Both the position numbers and the translations under genes were made by a program. The notes beneath the pieces are model-generated. The model was not told the DNA's origin. It worked only from the letters and a program-made list of their open reading frames with translations, and searched no databases. DNA of 64,000 bases, taken from positions 381,137-445,136 of the forward strand of contig NZ_JBEBSA010000002.1 in assembly GCF_040394595.1 (NCBI RefSeq), read 5' to 3'. The stretch is from Microbacterium sp. (GTDB taxonomy: Bacteria > Actinomycetota > Actinomycetes > Actinomycetales > Microbacteriaceae). Shown here one piece after another: positions 1 to 9,629 of the stretch (positions are counted from its first letter, which is position 1; every line of letters begins with the position of its first letter).

Positions 1-414
1 CTCGCCGTGGGCGCCCAGCACAACCTGGGCTACATCCACGTCGTGGTGAACAACAGCTACCTGGGGCTGATCCGCCAGTCGCAGCGTCCGTTCGAGATGG
101 ACTACCACGTGTCGCTCGCCTTCGAGAACATCAACTCCCCGGAGACGAACGGCTACGGCGTCGACCACGTCAAGGTCGCCGAGGGGCTGGGGTGCAAGGC
201 GATTCGCATCGAGCGTCCGGAGGACCTGGCCACCGGCTTCGCCGAGGCCGAGAGGCTGAAGCAGGAGTTCCAGGTGCCGGTCGTGGTCGAGGTCATCCTC
301 GAACGCGTCACCAACATCGCCATGGGCGCGGACCTCGACAGCATGACCGAGTTCGAGGACCTCGCCGAGAAGGGCGAGGACGCCCCGGCGGCGGTCTACG
401 CCCTGCTCGACTGA
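1..414 (+). CDS. gcl: glyoxylate carboligase, C-terminal fragment (5' end lies outside the window)
   Basis: Frame-1 ORF is open at the left edge. The thiamine-diphosphate-enzyme C-terminal sequence ([39 protein letters not shown]) is typical of glyoxylate carboligase. A glycerate kinase gene follows 15 nt downstream. Confidence 0.75.
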   Translation, partial: LAVGAQHNLGYIHVVVNNSYLGLIRQSQRPFEMDYHVSLAFENINSPETNGYGVDHVKVAEGLGCKAIRIERPEDLATGFAEAERLKQEFQVPVVVEVILERVTNIAMGADLDSMTEFEDLAEKGEDAPAAVYALLD

Positions 415-429
415 TCGCGTCGCTGAGCC

Positions 430-1551
430 ATGCGCATCCTCATCGCCTCGGACAAGTTCAAGGGCTCAGCGACGGGCGCAGAGGTCGCGGCCGCGCTCGG
501 TGGCGGCATCCTGGCAACGGCGCCGGATGCCGTCATCGACGCGGTCCCGGTCGCGGACGGCGGCGAGGGGACGGTCGAGGCCGCCCTCGCCGCCGGCTTC
601 GAGGCCGTGGAGGAGGTCGTCACCGGCCCGACCGGCGAAGCCGTGACCGCGAGGTTCGCGGTGCGCGGCGCGGAGGCCGTCGTCGAGATGGCGGCGGCCA
701 GCGGGCTCGACGTGCTCCCCGGAGGGAGGAAGGCGCCGCGGAAGGCGACGAGCCGCGGAACGGGCGAGCTCATCCGTGCGGCCCTCGACCGCGGATGCCG
801 GTCGATCGTGCTCGGGGTGGGCGGCAGCGCGAGCACCGACGGCGGGGCGGGGATGCTGGAGGCGCTCGGCGTCGTGCTGCGCGTCTCCGGTCGTCCGGTC
901 GGCCCGGGCGGGGCGGCGCTCGCCGCGCTCGACGAGGTCGATGCGTCGGGGCTCGACCCGCGGATCGCCGAGACCGAGGTCGTGCTCGCGAGCGATGTCG
1001 ACAACCCCCTCCTGGGGGAGCGCGGGGCCGCTGCGGTGTTCGGGCCGCAGAAGGGGGCGACGGCGGACGACGTCGACGCACTGGAGCGTGGTCTCGCCCG
1101 GTTCTCCGGGATGGTCGACGAGATGCCCGGAGCGCGCGCGTCGGCCGGGTCGCCCGGTGCCGGCGCCGCCGGCGGCGTGGGCTACGCCGCGCTGGCCGTG
1201 CTCGGGGCGCGGAGGGAGCCCGGCATCGACGTCGTGCAGCGCCTCACCCGCCTGGCCGAGAGGATCGACGGCGCCGATCTCGTCATCACCGGGGAGGGGA
1301 GTCTCGACGACCAGAGCCTCGGAGGGAAGACCCCGCTCGGGGTCGCCGCGGTCGCGAGGGCCGGAGGGGTGCCGGTGATCGCGGTCTGCGGGCGGTCGAC
1401 GCTCGACGAGGAGCAGGCCGCCGCGGCGGGGTTCGCCCGGATCTACGTGCTGAGCGACCTCGAGCCCGATCCCGCCCGGAGCATGGCCGACGCCCTGCCG
1501 CTGCTCCGCCGCGTCGGGGAGCGCATCGCCGCCGAGCATCTCACCCGCTGA
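430..1551 (+). CDS. glxK: glycerate kinase
   Basis: 373-aa ORF. MRILIASDKFKGS at the N-terminus and ITGEGSLDDQSLGGKTP near the C-terminus are glycerate kinase family signatures. It sits next to gcl. Confidence 0.9.
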   Translation: MRILIASDKFKGSATGAEVAAALGGGILATAPDAVIDAVPVADGGEGTVEAALAAGFEAVEEVVTGPTGEAVTARFAVRGAEAVVEMAAASGLDVLPGGRKAPRKATSRGTGELIRAALDRGCRSIVLGVGGSASTDGGAGMLEALGVVLRVSGRPVGPGGAALAALDEVDASGLDPRIAETEVVLASDVDNPLLGERGAAAVFGPQKGATADDVDALERGLARFSGMVDEMPGARASAGSPGAGAAGGVGYAALAVLGARREPGIDVVQRLTRLAERIDGADLVITGEGSLDDQSLGGKTPLGVAAVARAGGVPVIAVCGRSTLDEEQAAAAGFARIYVLSDLEPDPARSMADALPLLRRVGERIAAEHLTR

Positions 1552-1618
1552 CAGGACGGGCCGCGGGGCAGGTGGTTGCCGAGCGGAGCCGCGACGCGTT
1601 TCGTCTCGCTGCGCTCGC

Positions 1619-2326
1619 TCAACGGCTCCCGGGGAGATGGGCGGGGTGGTCGAGCACGACCTCGTCGATCGTGACGCCACCGTCTTCGATCGTGGCGGTG
1701 CAGTAGAGCAGCGACTGCGTCGGATAGCCGTGCGGGCGATTGTCGCGGATGATCGCGCGATCATCCTCCGGGGGAAGCGCAGCGGTCTCGGCGAGCAGGG
1801 CGACCCACTGCGCGATCAGCCCGCCGGCATCCTCTCCGGCGTCCGCCGCCGCACGGAAGCGCGGGAGCCAGGCCTCGATCCGGGGTGTGCGCCGGTCGTC
1901 GAGGTCGTCGTGCGCGATCATGTGCACCCCGGGTGCGATCGGGGTCTCCCGCAGCTCCTCGCCGTCCCAGGAGAGCACGCGGGAGCCCTCCGGCGCGACC
2001 TCGATCAGATTGAACCCGTGCATGGGCAGTGGCGCGACCGGCGGACGTCCCGCCACCGACTCGAGGGCGAGCGAACCGCGCGACCGCACTCGATCCTCGT
2101 CCAGGGCGAGTACGTCGGCGCGGTTCAGCAGCACTGCGAGGCGACGGGCCTCCGGATCGTAGGCGAGCCACGCCCCTCCGGCCCTCCGGTCGCGGATGCC
2201 GATCACTCCGGGGTACTCCTGCGGCCACCAGGCGCCGAGGTCGTCCCATTCTCGCCGGGGATCTTCGTCGCGCACGGCCAGCAGGCGGGCCGCTCCGGGC
2301 TCGGCATCGATGACGACGGTGCACAC
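1619..2326 (-). CDS. NRDE (TANGO2/DUF833-like) family protein
   Basis: This is the C-terminal 235 codons of track ORF 1619..3655. The GTG start at 2326 (VCTVVIDAEPG) is where family-like sequence begins. The rest of the long ORF is antisense to coaBC. Confidence 0.65.
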   Translation of the reverse strand: MCTVVIDAEPGAARLLAVRDEDPRREWDDLGAWWPQEYPGVIGIRDRRAGGAWLAYDPEARRLAVLLNRADVLALDEDRVRSRGSLALESVAGRPPVAPLPMHGFNLIEVAPEGSRVLSWDGEELRETPIAPGVHMIAHDDLDDRRTPRIEAWLPRFRAAADAGEDAGGLIAQWVALLAETAALPPEDDRAIIRDNRPHGYPTQSLLYCTATIEDGGVTIDEVVLDHPAHLPGSR

Positions 2327-2386
2327 GTCGGCCAGTCTAGGTGCGCTCCGGTGCCCGATCGGCCGTGCTGAGGCAGAATCGAAGGC

Positions 2387-3580
2387 GTGGACATCGTGGT
2401 GGGGGTCACCGGCGGCATCGCCGCGTACAAGTCGGTGCAGCTCGTGCGGCTGCTGACGAAGGCGGGACACGACGTGACGGTCGTCCCCACCGAGGACGCG
2501 CTGCGCTTCGTGGGCCTGCCCACCTGGGAGGCGATCAGCCGGCATCCGGTCACCACCAGCGTGCACGAGGACGTCGCGCGCGTGCGTCATGTCGCACTCG
2601 GGCAGGCGGCCGACCTCGTGATCGTCGCCCCGGCGACCGCGAACACGATCGCGCGGATGGCGGCGGGCATCGCCGACGATCTGCTCGGCACCACTCTGCT
2701 CGCGACGACGGCGCCGGTCGTGATCGCCCCGGCGATGCACACCGAGATGTGGCAGCATCCCGCGACCAGGGCGAACATCACCACCCTGCACGGGCGGGGC
2801 GTGCGGATCCTCGGCCCGGGCGAGGGAGAGCTCGCCGGAGGGGACTCCGGGCCGGGCCGGATGCTCGAGCCCGAGGAGATCGTCGCCGCCGTGCTCGCGC
2901 CGCGCGATCTCGAAGGGCTGCGTGTGATCGTCTCGGCCGGGGGGACCCGCGAGCCGATCGATCCCGTGCGCTTCATCGGCAACCGGTCGAGCGGACGGCA
3001 GGGGGCGGCGCTCGCGCTCGCCGCCGCGGAGCGTGGCGCGGATGTCGTGCTGGTGTCCTGCCACATCGACGGCGAGGTGCTGCAGGACGCCGTCCGGCAT
3101 CCCGCTGTGCGGATCGTGCCGGTGGGGACCGCGGCGGAGCTGGGCGCGGCGATGGATGCCGAGGCTCCTCGCGCCGACGTCGTGGTCATGGCGGCCGCGG
3201 TCGCGGACTACCGCCCTGCGGAGGTGTCCGAGGGGAAGCTCACGAAGGAGGCGGGCGTGCTGACGCGGATCGACCTCGTGGAGAACGCCGATATCGTGGC
3301 GGGCCTCGCCGCAGGGCGTCCGGACGGTCAGACCGTCGTCGCCTTCGCCGCGGAGACCCCGCGCGACGCGGAGGAGCTGCTCGCCCGTGCCCGCCGCAAG
3401 CGCGAGCGGAAGGGCGTCGACCTGCTCGTGGTCAACGAGGTCGGATGGGATCGCGGCTTCGAGGCCTCTGAGAATGCGGCGCAGATCGTCGGCCCAGGCG
3501 GAGAGGTCATCGCCCGGGCGTCTGGCGCGAAGCGCGAGGTCGCCGACGCCGTCTGGGACGCGGTCCTGTCCGTGCGCTGA
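2387..3580 (+). CDS. coaBC: bifunctional phosphopantothenoylcysteine decarboxylase / phosphopantothenate-cysteine ligase
   Basis: 397 aa. It has the flavoprotein N-domain (GVTGGIAAYKS) and the synthetase C-domain (SAGGTREPIDPVRFIGNRSSG). GTG start follows GAAGG. Confidence 0.9.
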   Translation: MDIVVGVTGGIAAYKSVQLVRLLTKAGHDVTVVPTEDALRFVGLPTWEAISRHPVTTSVHEDVARVRHVALGQAADLVIVAPATANTIARMAAGIADDLLGTTLLATTAPVVIAPAMHTEMWQHPATRANITTLHGRGVRILGPGEGELAGGDSGPGRMLEPEEIVAAVLAPRDLEGLRVIVSAGGTREPIDPVRFIGNRSSGRQGAALALAAAERGADVVLVSCHIDGEVLQDAVRHPAVRIVPVGTAAELGAAMDAEAPRADVVVMAAAVADYRPAEVSEGKLTKEAGVLTRIDLVENADIVAGLAAGRPDGQTVVAFAAETPRDAEELLARARRKRERKGVDLLVVNEVGWDRGFEASENAAQIVGPGGEVIARASGAKREVADAVWDAVLSVR

Positions 3581-3622
3581 CCGGGGCCTGTTCCGGGTCC
3601 CGGTGGGATGCCTGCCCCCCCC

Positions 3623-3720
3623 GTGACGTTCTGCATCCGTTGTGACGTTCTGCATCCGGATTCCCGGATGTTCGGGTGCGGGTTGTCGCTCGGGGTGCGG
3701 ATCGTTGGGTGTGTTCGGGG
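3623..3720. repeat. dispersed intergenic repeat, instance 1 (duplicated 19-mer GTGACGTTCTGCATCCG plus about 60 nt tail)
   Basis: GTGACGTTCTGCATCCG occurs at 3623 and again at 3642 (period 19). The tail ATTCCCGGATGTTCGGGTGCGGGTTGTCGCTCGGGGTGCGGATCGT aligns with the 103-bp unit at 36521-36814. Confidence 0.7.
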
Positions 3721-3749
3721 CCTGGCGACGGAAGAAGCCGCGTGATAAA

Positions 3750-3770
3750 CTTGAGTCCGATCAACTCAAG
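3750..3770. promoter_or_regulatory. HAIR element (HspR-associated inverted repeat) upstream of clpB
   Basis: CTTGAGT-CCGATCA-ACTCAAG is an exact match to the published HAIR consensus CTTGAGT-N7-ACTCAAG. It lies 45 nt upstream of the clpB ATG. Confidence 0.8.
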
Positions 3771-3814
3771 TTTGAAATCCGCAGGAACAGCAGAAGGAGA
3801 CCCCAGGAGGACGA

Positions 3815-5959
<2,145 letters not shown>

Positions 5960-5974
5960 CGGCCCGGGAGGGAG

Positions 5975-6050
5975 AGCCGGTCCCTCCCGGAGTGCGGTCC
6001 CTCCCTGGGTGCGGTCCCTCCCTTCCGTCTCGGGGTGCGGTCCCTCCGGT
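5975..6050. repeat. degenerate GC-rich direct repeats (GTGCGGTCCCTCC units)
   Basis: GGTCCCTCC occurs four times within 75 nt, immediately left of the palindrome. Confidence 0.6.
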
Positions 6051-6115
6051 CCGTCTATTCGTCAGAAAGTCCCGTTATTCGCGCCGAATAACGGGACTTT
6101 CTGACGAATAGACGG
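6051..6115. repeat. perfect palindromic element, copy 1 (31-nt arms, 3-nt centre); possible bidirectional terminator
   Basis: CCGTCTATTCGTCAGAAAGTCCCGTTATTCG-CGC-CGAATAACGGGACTTTCTGACGAATAGACGG. It lies between convergent clpB and zwf. Confidence 0.9.
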
Positions 6116-6119
6116 TGGG

Positions 6120-6262
6120 GAGCCGGATCCCTCAGGCCCATATCCCGGGGGCGTTGATCCCGGGGGCTCGTACCCCCCCCGGGGCTCGCGCGCTCGGGCC
6201 CGTACCCCCCCCGGGGGCATACCCGGGGCTCGCACTCCCCGGGGGCTCGCCCCCCTGGGTTC
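6120..6262. repeat. degenerate GC-rich direct repeats (CCCGGGGGCTCG units)
   Basis: At least five CC(C)GGGG(G)CTCG-like units and six runs of four or more G lie between the palindrome and the zwf stop. Confidence 0.6.
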
Positions 6263-6303
6263 CGCGTGCTCCGGCCTGAGCGGAGAGTCCTCGAGGCAAG
6301 GGC

Positions 6304-7677
6304 TCAGCGGGCGGAGGTCGGCCAGGCGGCCGGGCCGCGGGTGCCCGCGGGGTAGTCCTCGATCGGCACGTCGCCGCGGTTCCACGCATCGCGCACGGGC
6401 TGGATGATCCGCCAGCACTGCTCCGCGGCATCCGCCCGCACCGACAGCGCGACGTCGCCGTCGAGGATCTCGCTGAGCACCTCGGTGTAGGCCAGCAGCG
6501 TGCCCTTGCCGAGCTTCGTCGACAGGGTGTCCCTCCGGAGCGCGAACGGGTCGTCCCCGCCGTTGACGTTCAGCTCGAGATCGATCCGGTCGGGTCCGAG
6601 CGTGAACCGCAGCACTCCGCCGTCGGTCGGCGTGCCGGTGAGTCCGCCCGGGATGTGCCGCACCGGGCGGAACGTCACCACGATCTCCGCGCACCGATCG
6701 CCCATCGCCTTGCCGCTCCGCAGCGTGAACGGCACGCCGGCCCAGCGGGCGGTGCGCACCTCGCAGGTGATCTCGGCGAGGGTCTCGGTGCCGCGTGCCG
6801 GGTCGACGCCCTCCTCGTCCACATACGACGGCACCGCCCGGTCGCCGATCTTCCCGGCCGTGTAGCGGCCCCGGCGCGTCGACCGCACCGGGTTGTCGTC
6901 CCAGATGGCCGTCGCCCGCAGCGCGGCGGCCATCGCGTCGCGCAGGTCGATCTCGTCGAGGTCTGCGGGCTGCTCCATCGCGAGCACCGCGAGCACCTGC
7001 AACAGGTGGCTCTGGATCATGTCGATCATCGCGCCGGCCTTGTCGTAATAGCGCGCGCGGTTCTCCAGCGCGAGTGCCTCGTCGTAGCGCACCAGCACCG
7101 ACTCCACATGGTCCGCCGACCACACCGGCTCGATGAGACGGTTCGCGAACCGCACGCCGAGCACGTTGATCAGCGTCGACCGGCCCAGGAAGTGATCGAC
7201 GCGGAAGATCTGCTTCTCCGGCACGATCTCGGTGAGCAGCTCGTTCAGCTCCCTGGCGCTCTTCTCGTCCGAGCCGAACGGCTTCTCCAGCGCGAGCACG
7301 GTCTCGGGCGGGAGGTGTAGGTCGCGCAGCACGGTGCAGGCGGCGACCGAGACCGCGGGCGGCAGCGCGAAGTAGATCACCAGCGGCCCCTCGACCCCCT
7401 CCACGAGGCCGGCGAGCGCGGTCGGATCGGTCACGTCGGCGCGGGTGTAGGTGGTGCCCGCGACGCGGGGCGCCTCGTCGGCGGCGTCGACGGAGGCGAA
7501 CGCCTCGCGCACGGTGTCGCGCCAGCGTTTCGCCGACCACTCGTCGGAGCCCGCGCCGCGAAGCGTGAGCTGCCGGTCGGGCTGGCGGCGCAGCAGCTGC
7601 CCGATCGCGGGGAGCAGCAGTCGTGAGGTCAGGTCTCCGGATGCTCCGAGGATGAGCAGGGTGGTCGCTCTGGACAT
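6304..7677 (-). CDS. zwf: glucose-6-phosphate dehydrogenase
   Basis: 457 aa. It carries the N-terminal NADP-binding motif ILGASGDLTSR, EKPFG, and RVDHFLGRS (the RIDHYLGKE-type active-site motif). Confidence 0.9.
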   Translation of the reverse strand: MSRATTLLILGASGDLTSRLLLPAIGQLLRRQPDRQLTLRGAGSDEWSAKRWRDTVREAFASVDAADEAPRVAGTTYTRADVTDPTALAGLVEGVEGPLVIYFALPPAVSVAACTVLRDLHLPPETVLALEKPFGSDEKSARELNELLTEIVPEKQIFRVDHFLGRSTLINVLGVRFANRLIEPVWSADHVESVLVRYDEALALENRARYYDKAGAMIDMIQSHLLQVLAVLAMEQPADLDEIDLRDAMAAALRATAIWDDNPVRSTRRGRYTAGKIGDRAVPSYVDEEGVDPARGTETLAEITCEVRTARWAGVPFTLRSGKAMGDRCAEIVVTFRPVRHIPGGLTGTPTDGGVLRFTLGPDRIDLELNVNGGDDPFALRRDTLSTKLGKGTLLAYTEVLSEILDGDVALSVRADAAEQCWRIIQPVRDAWNRGDVPIEDYPAGTRGPAAWPTSAR

Positions 7678-7738
7678 GTCCCCAAGATATGCCGCGCGGC
7701 TCTCGACCGACAGACGACGCGGTGGGAGACTGCCGAAG

Positions 7739-9535
7739 ATGACCGTGCCGATCGAGGACTACGCGCTGCTGAGCGACTGCCGCACCGCTGCGCTCGTCTC
7801 GCGCGCCGGGAGCATCGACTGGTTCTGCCCGCCCCGGCTCGACGCCCCCTCCGTGTTCGGCGCGCTGCTCGGATCCGACGAGAGCGGATGCTGGCGGCTG
7901 CGCCCCGCGGATCCGGAGGCGAAGGCGACGCGCCGCTACGAGGGCGACACGTTCCTCCTCGTCACCCGGTGGGAGACCGCCGAGGGAGTCGCCGAGGTGC
8001 GCGAGTGGATGCCGGTGGCAGAGGACGACCGGCGCACCGACATCGTGCGCCGAATCGTCGGGATCAGGGGCCGCGTCGCGTTCACGCAGGAGCTGCGGCT
8101 GCGGTTCGACTACGCCAGGGCTGTGCCGTGGGTGCACCAGTCGGGCTCCGCCGGAGCGCCGGAGCTGAGCGCGGTGGCGGGCCCGGACGCCGTGGTCGTG
8201 CGTGGCGCGTCGCTGCGGCCGCACGGGAACAGCCACACCGGGGCGGTCGACGTCGCGGCGGGCGAGACCGCGACGCTCTCGCTCACCTGGCATCCCTCGC
8301 ATCGTGAGGCGCCGGAGCCGCTCGATCCGGAGGAGGCGGAGCGGGAGACGCGCGCCTGGTGGGCCGACTGGGCGTCCGGCATCGCACACGACGGGCACGA
8401 CGACGGGGTCGTGCGGCGCTCGCTGCTGATCCTCCGCGCACTCACCAACCGCGACACCGGCGGCATCGCCGCGGCCGCGACGACCTCGCTGCCCGAGGAC
8501 TTCGGCGGTGTGCGCAACTGGGACTACCGCTACGTATGGCTGCGCGACGCCGCGCTGACCCTCGAGGCGCTGCTCGCCCACGGCGTGACCGATGCGGCCG
8601 CGCACTGGCGGGACTGGCTCGTACGCGCGGTTGCCGGGGACCCCGCCGATCTGCAGATCATGTACGGGCTCGCCGGGGAGCGCGACCTCGTCGAACGCGA
8701 GCTCGACTCGCTCCCCGGCTACGCCGGGTCGGCGCCCGTGCGCATCGGCAACGGGGCGTCGGAGCAGTACCAGGGCGACGTGCTCGGCGAGGTGATGGTG
8801 ACCCTCGCCGCGGCGCGCCGGGCGGGGCTCGCGGAGTCGCATCGTTCGTGGGCGCTGGAGCGCGCGCTGCTGCGGCATGCAGAGACCCTGATCGATCGGC
8901 CGGACAACGGCCTCTGGGAGATCCGCGGCGAACCCCGCATGTTCACGCATTCACGGGTGATGATGTGGGCGGCGTTCGATCGCGGCGTGCGGGCCGTCGA
9001 AGAGCAGGGCATGTCCGGACCGGCAGACCGATGGCGTGCGCAGCGCGATCGGCTGCGCACCGAGATCGACGAGCACGGGGTGCGCGACGGCGGGTTCGTG
9101 CAGCACTCCGGCACGGATGAGGTGGATGCCTCGCTGCTGCTCATTCCGCAGGTGGGGTACTGCGCGCCCGACGACCCGCGGATGCTCGTGACCGTCGAGC
9201 GCATCGAGCGGACGCTGATGCACGACGGGCTGCTGCTGCGATACCGCACGTCGTCCGGCGTGGATGGGCTCTCCGGGGCGGAGCATCCGTTCCTGGCCTG
9301 CTCCTTCTGGCTGGTCGAGCAGTACGCCGCCACCGGGCGCCTGTCCGAGGCCCATGCGCTGATGGACCGGCTGTGCTCGTTCCGCAACGATGTCGGCATG
9401 CTCTCGGAGGAGTACGACCCGGCGGCCCGGAGGCAGGTCGGCAACACCCCGCAGGCGTTCTCCCACCTCACGCTCGTGCGCGCCGCAGACGCGCTGGCCG
9501 CCGCCGATCGGGCCGCGGGGCCGCGGCGACGCTGA
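7739..9535 (+). CDS. glycoside hydrolase family 15 protein (glucoamylase/trehalase-like)
   Basis: I place the start at the internal ATG (MTVPIEDYALLSDCRTAALVSRAGSIDWFCPPR) of track ORF 7451..9535. WDYRYVWLRDAA and PQAFSHLTLV are typical GH15 sequence. It is divergent from zwf. Confidence 0.85.
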   Translation: MTVPIEDYALLSDCRTAALVSRAGSIDWFCPPRLDAPSVFGALLGSDESGCWRLRPADPEAKATRRYEGDTFLLVTRWETAEGVAEVREWMPVAEDDRRTDIVRRIVGIRGRVAFTQELRLRFDYARAVPWVHQSGSAGAPELSAVAGPDAVVVRGASLRPHGNSHTGAVDVAAGETATLSLTWHPSHREAPEPLDPEEAERETRAWWADWASGIAHDGHDDGVVRRSLLILRALTNRDTGGIAAAATTSLPEDFGGVRNWDYRYVWLRDAALTLEALLAHGVTDAAAHWRDWLVRAVAGDPADLQIMYGLAGERDLVERELDSLPGYAGSAPVRIGNGASEQYQGDVLGEVMVTLAAARRAGLAESHRSWALERALLRHAETLIDRPDNGLWEIRGEPRMFTHSRVMMWAAFDRGVRAVEEQGMSGPADRWRAQRDRLRTEIDEHGVRDGGFVQHSGTDEVDASLLLIPQVGYCAPDDPRMLVTVERIERTLMHDGLLLRYRTSSGVDGLSGAEHPFLACSFWLVEQYAATGRLSEAHALMDRLCSFRNDVGMLSEEYDPAARRQVGNTPQAFSHLTLVRAADALAAADRAAGPRRR

Positions 9536-9562
9536 GACGACGCTCGGCGCTTCCCCTCCCGT

Positions 9563-9608
9563 GCGCAAAAGGGCATCCCCCAGGCCTCCGAGCGATGCCC
9601 TTTTGCGC
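9563..9608. terminator. hairpin between convergent genes (likely bidirectional terminator)
   Basis: GCGCAAAAGGGCATC - 16 nt - GATGCCCTTTTGCGC gives a 15-bp stem with an A-run and T-run inside the arms. Confidence 0.6.
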
Positions 9609-9629
9609 TTCGCTGACGCGGCCCGGATG

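Noticed and set aside
192-1706. 504-aa plus-strand ORF (Arg/Gly/Pro-rich) overlapping gcl and glxK in another frame
   Set aside because: It is a typical high-GC shadow ORF. Its composition is low-complexity Arg/Gly/Pro-rich with no family resemblance, and it overlaps two well-supported genes.
1619-3655. 678-aa minus-strand ORF
   Set aside because: Only the last 235 codons look like a real protein (NRDE family). The upstream 440 codons are antisense to coaBC and Arg/His/Asp-rich nonsense.
3581-3814. clpB considered as a 5'-truncated pseudogene
   Set aside because: The short ORF has its own strong RBS and a correctly placed HAIR operator. The upstream spacer carries repeats, not degraded N-domain coding sequence. 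I therefore treat it as a native short form, flagged as a finding.
6062-8950. 962-aa minus-strand ORF, plus 6132..6431
   Set aside because: It is out of frame with, or antisense to, zwf and the GH15 gene. Its 3' end simply translates the CCCGGGGG repeats and the palindrome.
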